Source: Chrysemys picta bellii (Eukaryota). Taken from it: a stretch of 64,000 bases of DNA. Location of the stretch: assembly GCF_011386835.1 (NCBI RefSeq), contig NC_088809.1, positions 13,454,001 to 13,518,000 of the forward strand, read 5' to 3'. Of the stretch, positions 13,058 to 26,490 are shown one piece after another. The first letter of the stretch is position 1. Each line of letters opens with the position of its first letter. The notes beneath the pieces were generated by a model. It was not told the origin of the DNA. It did not search any database and saw nothing but the letters and a program-made list of their open reading frames with translations. The position numbers were made by a program, and so were the translations under genes.

Positions 13058-14077
13058 TACTGTGCCTAGAACAAGAGGGTGTGAGCTGTGATTGGAGTCT
13101 ATAGGCACAACAGTTCAGAGGGGAATATAAATGGAAAGGTTCCCTTTTAGAGGTTAGGCAAATCTCTATCCCCTATTTCAACAGAATACAGATCTTCAAT
13201 GGAAGTTACACCAATAGAGAATTTGGTTCAACGACTTTGCAGGGAGAGTGATGAAACATGGGCACGTGTCAAAGGAATCTATGGGCAAACTTTTTTTAAA
13301 AAAAAAAGTGATCAGATCTGCACCAAAAATGTCTTGGTATTTGTCGGAGCTATTCAAATTTCTTGGATGAATCTGTGTTAGAAATCTGTGAAAGCAGTCC
13401 TTTCCTAAAAGAGTTCCAGTGCTTCCAGATTCAGGTGTTTTATCTTACTCAGTTGGCCTATTCCAAGTCAACACATCTGATGACAAGATTAAGCTCATTT
13501 ATTTGAAAGGTTTTTTAGGGCTAACATTATTTTCCTTGCATGAAATATGAAATATGCAGAGGAGAAGCAGTGGCAAAAATATGTGCTAAAGCCTCCATGA
13601 AGGTAAGAATGCATTGTTTACTCCCTTAATAGCATTCTGCTTATCACAAGAATGCACTTTCCCTTACAACATTACTCTAAGGTCCCACTAGGCATTTCAT
13701 AGATTTTTTTTTTTAAATTTCTTCCAAGTTCCCAAATGCACAGTAATCACTGAGAAAACACCAGCATTTAAATTCCTATGTTTCTTTTCTTTTCTTTTCT
13801 TTTTACATTGCATTTCTTTGTTTTAATTATTAGGGAATACACTTCTCTTACAAAACTGGCATCTCTGAAGTCCCCAATTCATTGCATGGGGTGTCACAAA
13901 ACTAGGTAATGGCCTTTTTGTAGACCTTAGATATTACTTTAAGAGTGAGGCTGATCCATGCCCAATCATTTGTCAGCTTCCCTTGTTATGCCTGCCAATT
14001 AATACACATTGTAATGGATGTTCTGCATCTGTACCCATAGCACAGTACTGATTCCATGTAGACTACTGAGTAACAAA

Positions 14078-14345
14078 TAGAGTTGGTTAGGAAAAGAATA
14101 TTTTTCCCTTGGATTTCTTTAAAAAAAAAAAAAAGCGCTTAGGTTTTTAAATGCAACCTCCCAAAATGGTTCAATTTTCAAGTGGCTGAAAGCTAAAAAC
14201 ACAAAGAGTTTGAAATGTCTCAATACAAATTTCCATGGGAAATGTCAGTTTTCCAATGGAAACCTGAAAAATGTAATAGAAAAAAAAATCAGACACTTCC
14301 AAAGGAAATTCTCATTTAGATAAATAAATCCACTTTCCAACTCTG
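14078..14345. mobile_element. AT-rich MITE-like repeat
   Basis: Inverted termini TAGAGTTGG ... CCAACTCTG around an A/T-run-rich body. Confidence 0.6.
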
Positions 14346-15006
14346 CCATAAAAATTCCAACCACCTCTAATAGACTTAGTCCACAGCATTTTGCTTGGTG
14401 TGTACAGAATATTTTCCGAGCCATATTTTATTCTGAATGAAATATCAAGATATTTTTATGGAGATAATGACTTATAGACATAATTAGGCTGGAGTAACCA
14501 GAGCATGTGTAGTTTTGCCGGCTTCATTCCAACTACTGTCTGTCCCCAAAAAGAAGCTTTATCCAGCTTTAGAATCCAGTTCAAGCTTTACTCCTGCCTC
14601 TTCCAAGCACTGACTGCCGGCTCATGAATTTTGCGCTATCTTTGGTTAAAGACCAAAAGAAAATTCTCCTGAGCCAGAACTGCAAAATGAAGGACCCTCA
14701 TTTCAACCTTCTGTCTCTTAATATTACATTCTCTCTTCCTGTGCCTAGCAGTACTAACTCAAAATTCTGCTTAAGTGCTAACATGACTTAACTCCTTTTA
14801 AATGCATTTTAAAGAGTGCTGAAAAATGGAGGCTGCTGGTTAAAACAAACAGCTATAGTGCAGCAGTGTCAGTGCTCGTTTTCCCACTAGGAGACTCTGC
14901 TGCACAACGAATACAAGTGACACAAATGGACAGTGTATTTTGTTTCAGTACTTTTGGATATCTGTCATGCCCTTAGCTTGTGAACTCCTGGAAAAAGCTT
15001 GAAAAG

Positions 15007-15341
15007 TGAGCTGGTTTAAAATTTTCCGATGTCAGAAAAGAGTTATTGGGTCAAAACTGAACCTTTCTACAGGACTGTCAATGAAATTTCATTTTTACAA
15101 AATTTGAAATTAAGTGTTTGGATAAGGTCAGTAATATTGTGCTTTGACCTTATTGAAACGTAGTGTTTAGATTTCTCATTTTGAAATGACTGTTTCAAAA
15201 TCTCTTTCACTATTATTCCAACAGAAAGTTTTGCTTAACCTAGCAAAAAAAATTCAATTTCATTTAATCAGAAATGTAGTTTTGTTTTGTTTTGTTCTGA
15301 TTTGGAACGGAATCAACAATTCTGAGTTTTAACCACCTCTA
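15007..15341. mobile_element. AT-rich MITE-like repeat
   Basis: Termini TGAGCTGGTTTAAAA ... TTTTAACCACCTCTA; same family as 14078-14345. Confidence 0.6.
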
Positions 15342-16059
15342 CTTGGAAACTGGAACTCGATCAGTAAATCACTTTAGGAGAAAAAGCTGAAAACAACAAG
15401 TAAACCCCATTATCTCCATCTATTATGATGTTATCTGATTCCTTTTCTAGTTGGCTGTCATGTTCATATTTAAATAACTGACAATGAGTGGCTATTCCAG
15501 GCTCTAAGCATTTTTACTAATTATTACCCAATCACCGAGATCCAAAACAGCAGCACATGCTTTCCCTCCCCACCACTGCAAATCCATACAATCATCAGGG
15601 GAAGGAAAACAAAATGAAAATATTTCCTCCTAAATGCAACTGGAAACTCCTCTCAAGACCATTCGAGAGCCCTGTTAGAAAAGATGCACTTGGAAGCAGG
15701 CCTAGAGCTATTGCATAGCAAGGAAGTGAATTCCAAAGTTGAGAGGTGCCCAGGGGAAGTTCCCTGCCAGAGCAGCACCTACTCTTTTACAGCAAAAAAG
15801 CTCCAACTCAAGTACTTCCACTGAGCTCTGCTGCGGTGGTGTTGCACAGGGCAAGGATAGTCTCTTAGGTAAGACAGTCCTAGGCCATTCAGGAATTTAT
15901 AGGTCAAAAACACCACCTTACATTCCATCTGGATGCCAGTGGGCAGCCGCTACAGGTCACGAAGCCGTGATCCAATGGCATGCCATCTGTGTACGCAAGG
16001 CATGCATTGCAAATGCCAGGATCAGCTGTGCTCGTAGGATGATTCCGTCCAGCATTCAC

Positions 16060-19000
16060 ACGCACTTGGAAGGCACCATATAGGCGAACTAGGCGGTTGC
16101 CTACGGTGCCAAGTTAAATGGGGCACCAAATTCGAGGAAAAAAATCAAATTAAAAAAAAAGAAAAATGAAAAAAAATACAAATAAAATAACTAAGATGTC
16201 ATTATTTCAATTCCCGTTCGCGTATGGAGGGAATCTGAATTATAATTCATTTCTCTATATTTCTGAGAATTTATTAATATGTCAAATCTTTTGTTTACTG
16301 CAAAAATAAATATGTTAGCGAATTTTTTTCTTCAATTTGGGACGTAGAGTCAAGATGACTCACTCCGCAATTTTGATAAGCAATAACTCAGCCACAATGA
16401 AACACATCCACCAGTGGCAAGAGCTGCAGTGCTAGTGACACCTAACTCCAATATAAATCAAAGTCGCATAGCCGGAAATTCATGTAGAGCGGAGATATTG
16501 CGAGTTGATACATGTCAAACGGTCATTTTAACACACGTCACAGGTAGATGGTTAAGAATCGAGTGAATACTGTGGAAAATTGTGTTTCTTGGTGCCAAAG
16601 AATAAATCTTTCAGCATTATGAATCCAAAATGTGAGTATCTTAAAGCGTTATTAAACCTTAGCGTTATTATTGGGCTGTATAATTATGAACTTTTCTTTG
16701 TTATAACTGGTTCACATGTAATAAATAAGGTCTATAAAAGAAAAGTAACAGCGTTAACGCTTTGACTACAAAAGTGATGATGTCACACTCCAAGCGAGTA
16801 ACAGTGAGGAAGGGGATTACTTTCCAAACAACCGGTGTTTATAAAACTGTTATAATGTTGAAAAAGGTCATTTTGTTTCCGTGAAAACACTAACTAACTG
16901 TTTTAATAGGTAAGTGAGTTTATGTTACCAATCATTGAACCTTTAAGTGGTGAAAAGACGTGTTGGGATGGCTGCAATGTGGTTTAAATCGCCAAACATG
17001 CGATGGGTGTGTCAGCCATCCTTAACGCGATAATGCTTGCAGTCGGGAGCACAGTACATAACAATATTCAAATGCCCCATGGCAGAAAGAGGAAAAAGAA
17101 AACCCTCAGGAGCTGAGCATCATAAATGAAAGGCTGAGAAGAAAAAGGACCAAGCAAAACAGCAGGGATCCTTCCTGAAATAGCTTCTCTTTAATCCAAA
17201 TAAAGATGGAAGCAGTTCACAGCTTCCAGATGAAGGAATTTTACTTGGAGAGGAGGTTAGCTCACATCCGCATGGAAGCATCTTGGAACATCAAGATGAT
17301 GCAAACTTACTTCTAGATGAAGGCAGCTCACAGCATCAGACTGATATGGAAGTGGAGAAAATTTATTCACCTTCAGAGACACATGTAGAAATTGAAGAAA
17401 ATGAAGAAGAAGGAAGAAAGGATGAGGAAATTACAAACAAGTTACAGTATGGGGACCCAGCTTCATGGCCCAGATGTGATGACAGTGTGCGACAAATTCT
17501 CATGGAACATGGACCCGAACAAGTTCATGAATTTCCCTTCCCTAAGGATGGAAATAAAAGAAAATTATCTGCTCAGCATTAAAAAAGGAAATTCATTAAT
17601 GGGGAAGAAATTCATCGAACCTGGTTACAATATTCAGTGTCGAAGGACTCTGTTTTGCTTTTGCTGCAAGTTGTTTAGAAATCAAGCAATTGGTACATCA
17701 CTTACTGAAAATGGTTCGAAGGACTGGAAACACATATCTTCAATTCTCTCTTCACACGAAAAGTGCAGAACATTTGAAATGCTTTCAAAATTGGAAAGAA
17801 CTTGAATTACGATTGAAAAAAAGGAAAAACTATCGATGAAGAACATTCATGTGTGATCAAGGAAAAAAGAATATTGGCAACAAATATTAGAGCATCTGAT
17901 TGCTTTAGTGAAAGTTTGCAGTGGGCAAAATTTAGCGTACCATGGCTGCGGTAGAAATGAAAAATTATACATTCCAGGTAATGGAAACTTTTTAAAATTT
18001 GTTGAATACCTAGCTTTGTTTGATCCAGTCATGAAGGAGCATCTACATAAAATAACTGATCATGAAACACAGGTTTATTACTTAGGAAAAAATATGCAGA
18101 ATGAACTGATTCAAATCCTAGCAAATGCCATTAAAAAGAAAATTGCAGAAGCTGCCCATTCTGCAAAATACTTTTCAATAATACTGGACTGTACACCAGA
18201 TGTGAGTTATGTTGAACAAATGACGATCATTCGTTTTGTGGATATGGAAATGTCTGCAGATGAAGATAATGTTAAAGTGCTCATAAAGGAACATTTTTTG
18301 GGTTTCGTACCACTGATGGAGATGACTGGAGCATTTATGACTGAAACTATTCTACAAGAGCTTGAAACAATGTCATTATCTGTTGAAAACTTACATGGCC
18401 AAGGCTATGATAATGGTTCTACTGTAGTGTAGATAATGGGAGTAATATGAAAGGTAAAGACAATGGTATGCAAAGGAGAATGATGGAAATCAATCCTAGG
18501 GCCTTTTTCGTTCCTTGCAGTGTACAGTCTCTGAATTAGGTTGTCAATGATGCTGCTAGATGCTGTTTGGAGGCAAGCAGTTTCTTTGACCTGGTGCAAC
18601 GTGTTCATGTGTTTTTCTCAGGCTCAACATGCCGTTGGGAGATTCTGACTCGCCATGTGAATTCTCTAACTGTGAAACCACTTAGTCAGACAAGATAGGA
18701 GCATCGTATTGATGCTTTGAAGCCTCTTCGCTATGAACTTGGAAACATTTATGATGTCCTAATTGAAATTTCTGATGATACTACCTTTACTGGATTATCT
18801 GGCAATATGGCACGTTCAGATGCAGAAGCTCTTGCAAATGGCCTTTCCAAGTTCAAATTTGTGACTTCACTCATTTTGTGGTATAATCTTTTCGAGATTA
18901 ACCTCACAAGTAAGCAACTTCAGGAAAAGAACTTGAACATACATTCTGCTAGTCAAAAACTGCAGCAAACTAAAAATATTCTGAAGGAATTCTGAAGGGT

Positions 19001-20050
19001 TCGAAAGAACACTGGTAGATTCTCTCGAGCTTGCTGAAGAAATAGATTTTTCGACAGAATTTGAACCAGAGCCAGTTCGCATTTGGCAAAAGAAACAGCA
19101 GTTTTTGTATGACGGATGAGACACACCCATTCAGAACCCAAAACAAAGGTTCAAAGTGAATTTCTACTTCGCAGTCCTTGATACTGCTATTCACTCAGGT
19201 TGATGAAAGATTTCAACAGATGCAGCAGCTAGAGTCAGTATTTGACTTTCTATATGATATCCACAGCTTGCAAAAGAAAACAGATAAGAGAATTTTGTAT
19301 AAAACTGGAGTTAGCATTGACTCATGAAAATTCAAAAGACATTGATGCTACATATTTCTGTAGTGAGCTTCAGGCTTTTTCAAGACGACTTAAGAAACAT
19401 TCCACTCCTGAAGAAGTCCTGAAGTTCGTTTGTGAAAATAAACTCAGTTTTCCAAACATTTTTATAGCTCTATGCATTCTTTTAACTTTGCCAGTTTCCG
19501 TAGCTAGTGGAGAACATAGCTTTTCAAAGTTAAAACTGATAAAAACATATCTGCGTTCAACAATGGTGCAAGAGAGACTTGTTGGACTTGCCACAATGTC
19601 AATAGAGCATGAAATAGCTGGAAAACTGGATCTAAAAGAACTAGTGACTGAATTTTCAAAACTTAAAGCAAGAAAAGTCATGTTTTAAGAGCAGAGTATT
19701 TTTATTCGGTGTGTTTTGTAAATACAGGTTAAAGTTCATTGAAGAGTTTTCTTATTTCTTCCTATATTAGATGTGGTGGTAATGGCAGTTAAAGCAGGAT
19801 AGAGTAATGGATAATTTTGGATTTGTAATCATAAAAATTATAATTAACATTTTAAATCATTTTTATTTGAAATCGGACTGCAATATCATCTAGCTGTTGT
19901 GTACAAATCTATTCTGAAAATTTCGTGTCTCTATTTTAGCTGATTTCAGAAACATTGGTTGGACAGACGGACGGACAAACCGAATAATTAAGCCTCTGTT
20001 TAAAAAAAAAATGCTTAAAAAACAATAAAAGGAAAAAGGGGGCAAAATGT
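16060..20050 (+). mobile_element. Large decayed hAT DNA transposon
   Basis: Internal transposase remnant. TAGGCGAACTAGGCGGTTGCCTA subterminal motif near 16080. TIRs and TSD not confidently located, so ends are approximate. Confidence 0.75.
17079..19688 (+). pseudogene. hAT transposase (ZMYM1-like, with TTF-type zinc finger and C-terminal dimerization domain), multiply disrupted
   Basis: Fragments in shifting frames: MAERGKRKPSGA, DPASWP, FCFCCKLF..G.KDWKH, GNGNFLKFVEYLALFDPVMKEHL, YFSIILDCTPDVSYVEQMT, GQGYD, FPNIFIALCILLTLPVSVASGEHSFSKLKLIKTYLRSTMVQERLVGLA. Many stops and frameshifts. Confidence 0.92.
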
Positions 20051-20181
20051 TTCCCAGTTTACCAAAAGCCTCAGCCTAAATCGGGTTTGGGGGTGGGGGC
20101 GCTGATTGCTGGCAGCTAATCTAGGGCTGCCCCAGTCCTCTGCACAGCATGGTCGCGCACACACTGACCGTGTGAGATCAT

Positions 20182-20638
20182 TAGAGCCCTGCACGGATAC
20201 AAATTTATATCCACGGAACCGCTGGGCTCTCCCGGGAACTGTAACGGTGAAAGGAGAAGAACGTGGGGCTGCCACTCCCAGGGGCCAGCGCCCCATGCCG
20301 GCAGCTCCTCTGGCACGGTACTGCCCCCCAGCGTCTCCTCCCCATCTCTTCCACACAGATGTCTGCGTCTCCTGTCTGGGGGCATGTGCGCCGCTTGAAC
20401 ACAAGAGTGTGACCAGGGACAGCTGCCAGTGAGCCTGGTGCCTGCCCCAGGGGGGTGGGGCTAGAGGCAGTACACCTGCGCTGGAGGAGCTGCCAGTGCA
20501 GGGCGCTGGCTCCTGGGAGGGGCTACCCCATGTTCTGCTCCTTTCCCTGCTGTGGTTCCTGGGAGAGCCCCGTGGTTCCACGGATACTGATTTATATCTG
20601 CATCTGCTGATATACATTTGTATCCGTGCAGGGCTCCA
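20182..20638. mobile_element. hAT MITE with long inverted arms
   Basis: TIR TAGAGCCCTGCACGGATACAAAT / ATTTGTATCCGTGCAGGGCTCCA and a perfect 8-bp TSD GAGATCAT (20174-20181, 20639-20646). Confidence 0.92.
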
Positions 20639-20692
20639 GAGATCATACTGCATGGAGCATGGCATTTGCAGGCAAGTATAGAATTGAATGTC

Positions 20693-21375
20693 TGTGATGG
20701 TCTTTGGTAGCATTGCTTAGTGGTCTGAGCTTAGGCCCTTCAACATGCGGTGAGAGGGTTTGGTAGGGAAGCCTAGGCCCTCCCACTCCACCGGGCTCTG
20801 GCCCTGTGAAAGCCACAAGGTCTGACGCTCAAGAGTGCCTTAAGGCTGCCCTCCCTCGGTCACCTCCTACCACTTCACCATTGTCCGAAGTTTGAAGTCC
20901 ATCACAGGAGACAGTGAAGGGCGTCAGCCCACCACTTGGCATCTCTTCACAGCCAAGCATGGTATGGTAGCTTTCTCCCTTTTGGGGCAGCGCCTGCCTG
21001 CCTTGGCCCTCTGACCAGGTCAGCTCCAGGTCTCTCCCCTTCAGGGGCAGTCCATAAATACAGGGAATCAACACCAAAACTGGGTTAGTAGGTGAGGGGG
21101 AAATGCCTCCCTCTCCAGGTACAACAGAAGTACATCCTCCCTTCCCTCAGGGAAGGGGCTTCAGGCAAGTGTGAGGGAGAGATCCTGCCTTCCCTCAGCC
21201 CTCTTCTCAGGAGCTGCAAGGTAGAGGTCCCTTCCCTGGCCCACCCACAAAGGAGCTGTTCTGCTCCCTTTTAACTCCTCCTCCAGTCTGTGCATCTCTT
21301 GCAGGTGTGGTGGGGCAGGGCTGGCTGCTCACTCACCCCTTGTTGCCCAGTGTAGGGTTTTTATACCCCATCACA
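20693..21375. mobile_element. Solo-LTR-like element (TG..CA termini)
   Basis: Perfect inverted termini TGTGATGG / CCATCACA; 5-bp flanks ATGTC / ATGCC (TSD with one mismatch). Confidence 0.7.
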
Positions 21376-21414
21376 ATGCCTGTCACAGCATACCGCAGGA
21401 TGTCATAGGCCCAC

Positions 21415-21720
21415 TGTGGGATTCCCTACACTACAGGTTATGCCAGTATAACTTGTCCCCCTGAGAGGTGGGAATAAGCCACCCCCCCCTCCGCCGAGTG
21501 ACATAGCGTTACACTGACCTAAGCACTGGTGTGGACAGTGCCATGGCTCGGGGAGCATCTCCTGCTGACATAGCTACCGCCTCTCGCAGAGGTGGTTTTA
21601 TTACATCAATGGGAGAGCTCTCTGCTGGCATAGAGCGTCTTCACCAGACCTGCTACGGTGACACAGCTGCATCGGGTGCAGCTGCATCACTGTAGCGCTT
21701 CTCATGTCGACTAGTCCTTA
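21415..21720. mobile_element. Harbinger-like MITE, degenerate
   Basis: Body motifs (GACATAGCTACCGCCTCTC, GGGAGAGCTCTC, CAGCTGCATCG) resemble the other GTCTACAC-terminated copies; termini decayed. Confidence 0.55.
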
Positions 21721-21929
21721 AACAGGCGGCCACATTCTGCACCAGCCTCCAAAAAGCCTTCTAGCCTGAGCCCCAGCTTGTAGGAGTCAATGGAAACACT
21801 CCTATTGACGTCAGCGGGCTTTGGCTCAGGCCCTTAAGCTGTAGTTGCAGATACGGCACACTGCAGCAGTTCAGTCTAGAGCCAGGTGGCAAAGGCGTGG
21901 ATCACAGTAACAAGATTTAAATCGCAATG

Positions 21930-22014
21930 TGATAGCAAGTAATCTCTTTACTGGACCAGCTTCTGTTGGTGGAAGAAAATCTTCAGAGTTTCACGGAGTT
22001 CTTCAGGTCTGGAG
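21930..22014 (-). mobile_element. Degenerate PLE pLTR remnant (second family)
   Basis: Similar to 44430-44615: TAATCTCTTTACTGGACCAGCTTCTGTTGGTG ... CTTCAGGTCTG. Confidence 0.6.
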
Positions 22015-22945
22015 ATTCATAGAGGGACGCACTGCTTTGGGTCGGAGGTGTAATTTGTGAACTTCTGTTCATTAGGTTAACTAGAAGCATGCATGCTGAC
22101 CTTCCCTGTAGGGTTAACAATCACTAGTAGAATTTATGCACAGTTATGCATGCCACACCGGGGGCAGAAGAAGATACCATTTGTGTGCTTGCCATTCCTT
22201 TGGCTGGCCCATCTCCTGATAAGGCAGCCTAAACCGTTAACATTTGAAGGAAACACAAAGATCAGACTTGTTACCACCAAGCAAAAGTCTCCGAGGCAAA
22301 GCAGTGCATTACAAGCATGCGTGCAGGCAGACACACAGAATTTGCGGTTATTAACATTACACATTGTACCAAGGATAATGGGGTTTTCTACATGTTCACA
22401 AAGCATATAACTACTTACCTTGTTCTCATTTGCTGTATTCTGTCTGTCATGGTTTGGGTGCTGTTAAATGTCTTTGGAGCTATTTAGAATTACTCATCCC
22501 CATGCTACCATGAAATGAGAAGGTGAACTCGAATTGCTAGCACATCGGTTGTCGCTGACTGTGTTGATCTCTGTATAATTACTTGGAGATAGATACCCTT
22601 AACACAGAAAGATGACTCAGCTTTCAAAGACTAACACTCTTTATATGCCTCAGACACTCTTTGAGGTGCACTAGCAACCTTGCTTGCAGGACTAAGCTCT
22701 TTGGGGCCAGACCCAGTGTCCGTGTCTATGGCAGTGATACTCCGACTGCTACTAGTGAGCTGCAAGTGGCTCTAATGTGTCTCCTGCGGCTCTTTGCAGC
22801 ACAGACTATTAAAATGCTGTGATTTAATTAACAACCAGTCAGTATGCTTCTTCTATGTTATTATCCAATTAAGTTATTAACTTATTTGCTGTGAGACTAT
22901 ATACACACACTAAATATTTCCCATCATACTGTTTAAACATGAATA

Positions 22946-23260
22946 CAGTAGAACCTCAGAGTTCTGAACACATCAGGAATGGAGGTTCTTCATAACTGTA
23001 ACTCTGAACAAAACATAGTTCTTTCAAAAGTTTACCACTGAACATTGACTTGATACAGCTAGAAACTTTACTATGCAGAAGAAAAATGCTGCTTTCCTTT
23101 TTTTTTCCTTAAAGTAGTTTATGTTTAACACAGTACTGTACTTGCTTCTTTTCTCCACCCTCTGTACTGCTGCCTCATTGTGTACTTCCGGTTCCACATG
23201 AGGTGTGTGGTTGACTGGTCAGTTCGTAACTCTGGTGTTCAAAACTCTGAGGTTCTATTG
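22946..23260. mobile_element. Tc1/mariner (Tigger-like) MITE
   Basis: TIR CAGTAGAACCTCAGAGTT / AACTCTGAGGTTCTATTG flanked by TA on both sides. Confidence 0.85.
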
Positions 23261-23460
23261 TAGTTCTATAGTAAATGAAACAATTAATTCTCACGACTGA
23301 TACTCTTTTGGGTATTCTTGATCACTAACTTGGCTCCTGAACCACTAAGGTCTGAGTATCACTGGTCTAGGACTTTGGTCCTGCACAAAGCTTTGTATGG
23401 GCAGGCTTCTGGGCTCACACAGAATAATATTAAATTAATCTGAATTTACAGAGCTCCCAA

Positions 23461-23551
23461 ATCATGAAGTCATAGAAACATAGGGCTGGAAGGGACCTCA
23501 GAGGTTCATCTAGTGCACCTCGCCATGCTGAGGCAGGATTGAGTATACCTA
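23461..23551 (-). mobile_element. CR1 LINE 3' end fragment
   Basis: CATAGAAACATAGGGCTGGAAGGGACCTCAGAGG..CATCTAGT is the reverse complement of a typical CR1 3' terminus. Confidence 0.75.
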
Positions 23552-24224
23552 GCTATAAATTATTATTTAAGACAATTACAGCGGTCAAAGGTTGGTTGTT
23601 TTATTTCTAAAACAATACAAATTTCTAGCCAAAAGATGGCTTTCTGACCAAAGTGAAAATTTTTATTTTAGTCAATTTTTCTATTTTTGGATGAAAATGG
23701 AAAACTTGTCTTCAGGGTTTGGTTGTTTTTGTTACCCTTCACTTTTCTCCCCCTTTTTTTCTGAAAGGAGAAAAGGAAAAGAAAATTGAAGGTTTTATTT
23801 CCATGTTGTCAAAAAACTAAGAAGTGCTGAACATAATTTTCTTCATCTAGTTTGACATTTTTCATGGAAAATTTAGCATTTTTCAAATATCTTTAAAGAT
23901 ATTGTATTGCACTATGTTGGTACCTATGAAAAATCAATCTAGAGCCTTACACCTGAGAGTAATGGGTTTGTAATACGTGCATTCATCGTCAACCTGACCA
24001 CTCTACTTATATGTTGTATCCCAATCCCACCACTACCCTTCGCCTATATTTCTGGTGTCTGCCCACAGACTTATTCCTGAATAACTGCGATAGATGCCCC
24101 GAATTTAGTTTAATCATTTTAAAATAGATTAAACTGTAAAAAGACACTCTTATTCCAGAATAAGGATGTCCACATGGAGTTATTCAGGATGGGATATTCT
24201 GCCTTAAAGTCACATCCTATCTTA

Positions 24225-24500
24225 GGGTATGTCTACAACAGAAATGTTACAGCAGCATGGCTGCACCTGCTCTACTGTAGCATAGATGCTTATTACAGAA
24301 CTGGAAGGGATTCTTCTGTCATCGTAGCAAATCCACCTCTGAGAGCCATCAGCTAGGTCAATGGAAGAATTCTCACACCAACCTAGTGCCATCTACACAG
24401 TGGCTTGTGTGATGAAATTAAGACAACCTAAGGCATGACACTTTTCACAGCCCTGAATGAAGCAGTGAAATCTTCCGAGTTTTGTCCTGTAGACCAGCCC
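24225..24500. mobile_element. PIF/Harbinger-like MITE
   Basis: TIR GGGTATGTCTACA / TGTAGACCAGCCC with TTA on both flanks. Confidence 0.8.
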
Positions 24501-26408
24501 TTAATTTGCAGTGACTTATACATGTAGAAGACAAGCCCTCACATTATAAGTTCTTTGAGGAAGTAAGTATGTTTTATCATGTGCCTATATAACAAATAGC
24601 ACATTTTAGGCCTGAGGCTATCCCCAGTGAAATGAATGAACGGACTTCCATGGACTTCAATAAGCACTGAATAACAACTAAGATGTCCAGTCAATGGAAG
24701 AGATTCCCAAATCCTTTTAAGATTCTCACTGAAATATACATAATTACAGTTGGTTGAAAAATGGAGGTGGGGGGGAACAATTTTTATGGACAATTTTCCT
24801 TCTTGTCAAAATGTTGATTAATACGATCATTACCACATCAAAATTTGAAACATGGTGACCAGACCTGCAAAGTAGAGTAAATAAATAGGAGACTTCAAGA
24901 AATCCTATTGAAGAGATGAACAATACTGTAAACAAGAAATAATTCAAAGAAAAAAGAGACTGTCTTCACTGACGGATGGTTAACAAAGAGCTAGATTTCA
25001 GATCTCAGCAAAATAATGACCCTTGTCTGGTACATGCTAATCATCTGAAGCGCACTTTCAAAATTCAATTTTTTATTTTGTTCTGTGTGTTCATTTAAGT
25101 GACAAATGTGCAGGATAATAATCCCACAGTATAGTGCACAACAGTTCTGATTCACTTAGGAGTCAGGCTTTGTGAAAGGAGGAAAAAAGTTCAGTTACTG
25201 TTCTCTGTCTCTAAAAAGGAAGATGAATGCGTTTCAGGGCACTGACAGTTTCACACAGCCCCCTGCCAGATATTACTGTATTTGCCGTAACTACAGAAAC
25301 AAAAACAAATACGCTGCACAAATACATTCATAATCAGAATCACACCGCCACAATTGTGGCTGTCCAAATGCTTACAGATTTTCTGACCTCATGTATACAG
25401 TCAGTTATACACAGCATATAGAACGCAGTAAGAGAAAACGCACAGAGTGCAGAGTAAAACTTGTCTGAAAACTTTTAAAAACCAAGATCATATCAGACTG
25501 CAGAAACTCGAGGATGGCAGAAAAAGAGGGAACTGGGTTACTCAGTGAATAAAAATTTTCAAATGTAGCCGGTTTTATAAGGGCTGAATTGCGAGCCCCT
25601 GGTTCACACCAGTGAGCAGTTATTCACACAAGCTATTCCACTGAAGTTAGTGGTGCAGTTTTATAGCAATGAGCTGAGAATGACCAATTTAGGGCCAGAC
25701 TTTCGAAGCTTTGATTCCCACTGGTCATCTGGTATGCAGTGGGGCTGCTCATGAGGAACCCCCCACCAAACTAAAAAGAAGACACAATCTGGATGTAAGT
25801 GGAATGAGTTTGGCAATCTCAGCTCAGTCCCTGGTGATTTCATTCCAACGCTTAAATCTATTAGCTGCAGACCATAACAAAGGCATGAAAGACATTCCTG
25901 GAGGGTTCCTCCATTGCCATCTGCAAATAATTACCTAGCAGTCCTAAAAATAGTGGTAAGGGCGGGGAGGGGGAATACTTCAGGTAAAGCCTTTGAACAT
26001 GTCTTATTTGAGGCCTAAGTGAAGGAAAACAATTCCAGGTATAGCAATTATCCATGTGTGCCTATTGATAGGAAATTTCACCTCAGCTTTTCTTCAGTGC
26101 ACACGATAGGATTTTGAATGCTGTTTGTGATACATGGCCCGGATCTTGCCCCTTTTAGCATGAGCCGTAGGATTTATCTGCGTAAACGAGCAGCTGGTAT
26201 GAGACACCCAACAGAGAAAGAATCACCATCTAATCTCTGAATGGGACCAGCTTAAGGACAAATGGAGAAAAGCTGCACTGCAGAAGCGATTTGCTGCACA
26301 TTTAATATTATTAAATGCTCAGGTAACTACAGTAGTGAGCACCAAAGAAACTTATATGCCCAGATCTTGCCACCTTTACAGTATGTTGAAACATACATTT
26401 GATTAATC

Positions 26409-26490
26409 AGAGAGACACAAGGTGGGAGGTAATATCTTTTATTGGACCAACTTCTGCCAGTGAAAGACCACAGAGCTCTTCTACAGGTCT
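26409..26490 (-). mobile_element. PLE pLTR remnant (second family) with internal deletion
   Basis: GGTGGGAGGTAATATCTTTTATTGGACCAACTTCTG..CAGAGCTCTTCTACAGGTCT matches 44430-44615; the GAAAGCTT half of the hammerhead motif is missing. Confidence 0.7.

Noticed and set aside
15937-20135. CAGTGGGCAGCC / GGCTGCCCAGTC as TIRs of the large hAT
   Set aside because: Terminal mismatches, and the 8-bp flanks (CTGGATGC vs CTCTGCAC) do not match.
20015-20713. 232-aa minus-strand ORF and overlapping ORFs
   Set aside because: Spans a GC-rich hAT MITE and its flanks; no recognisable domain.
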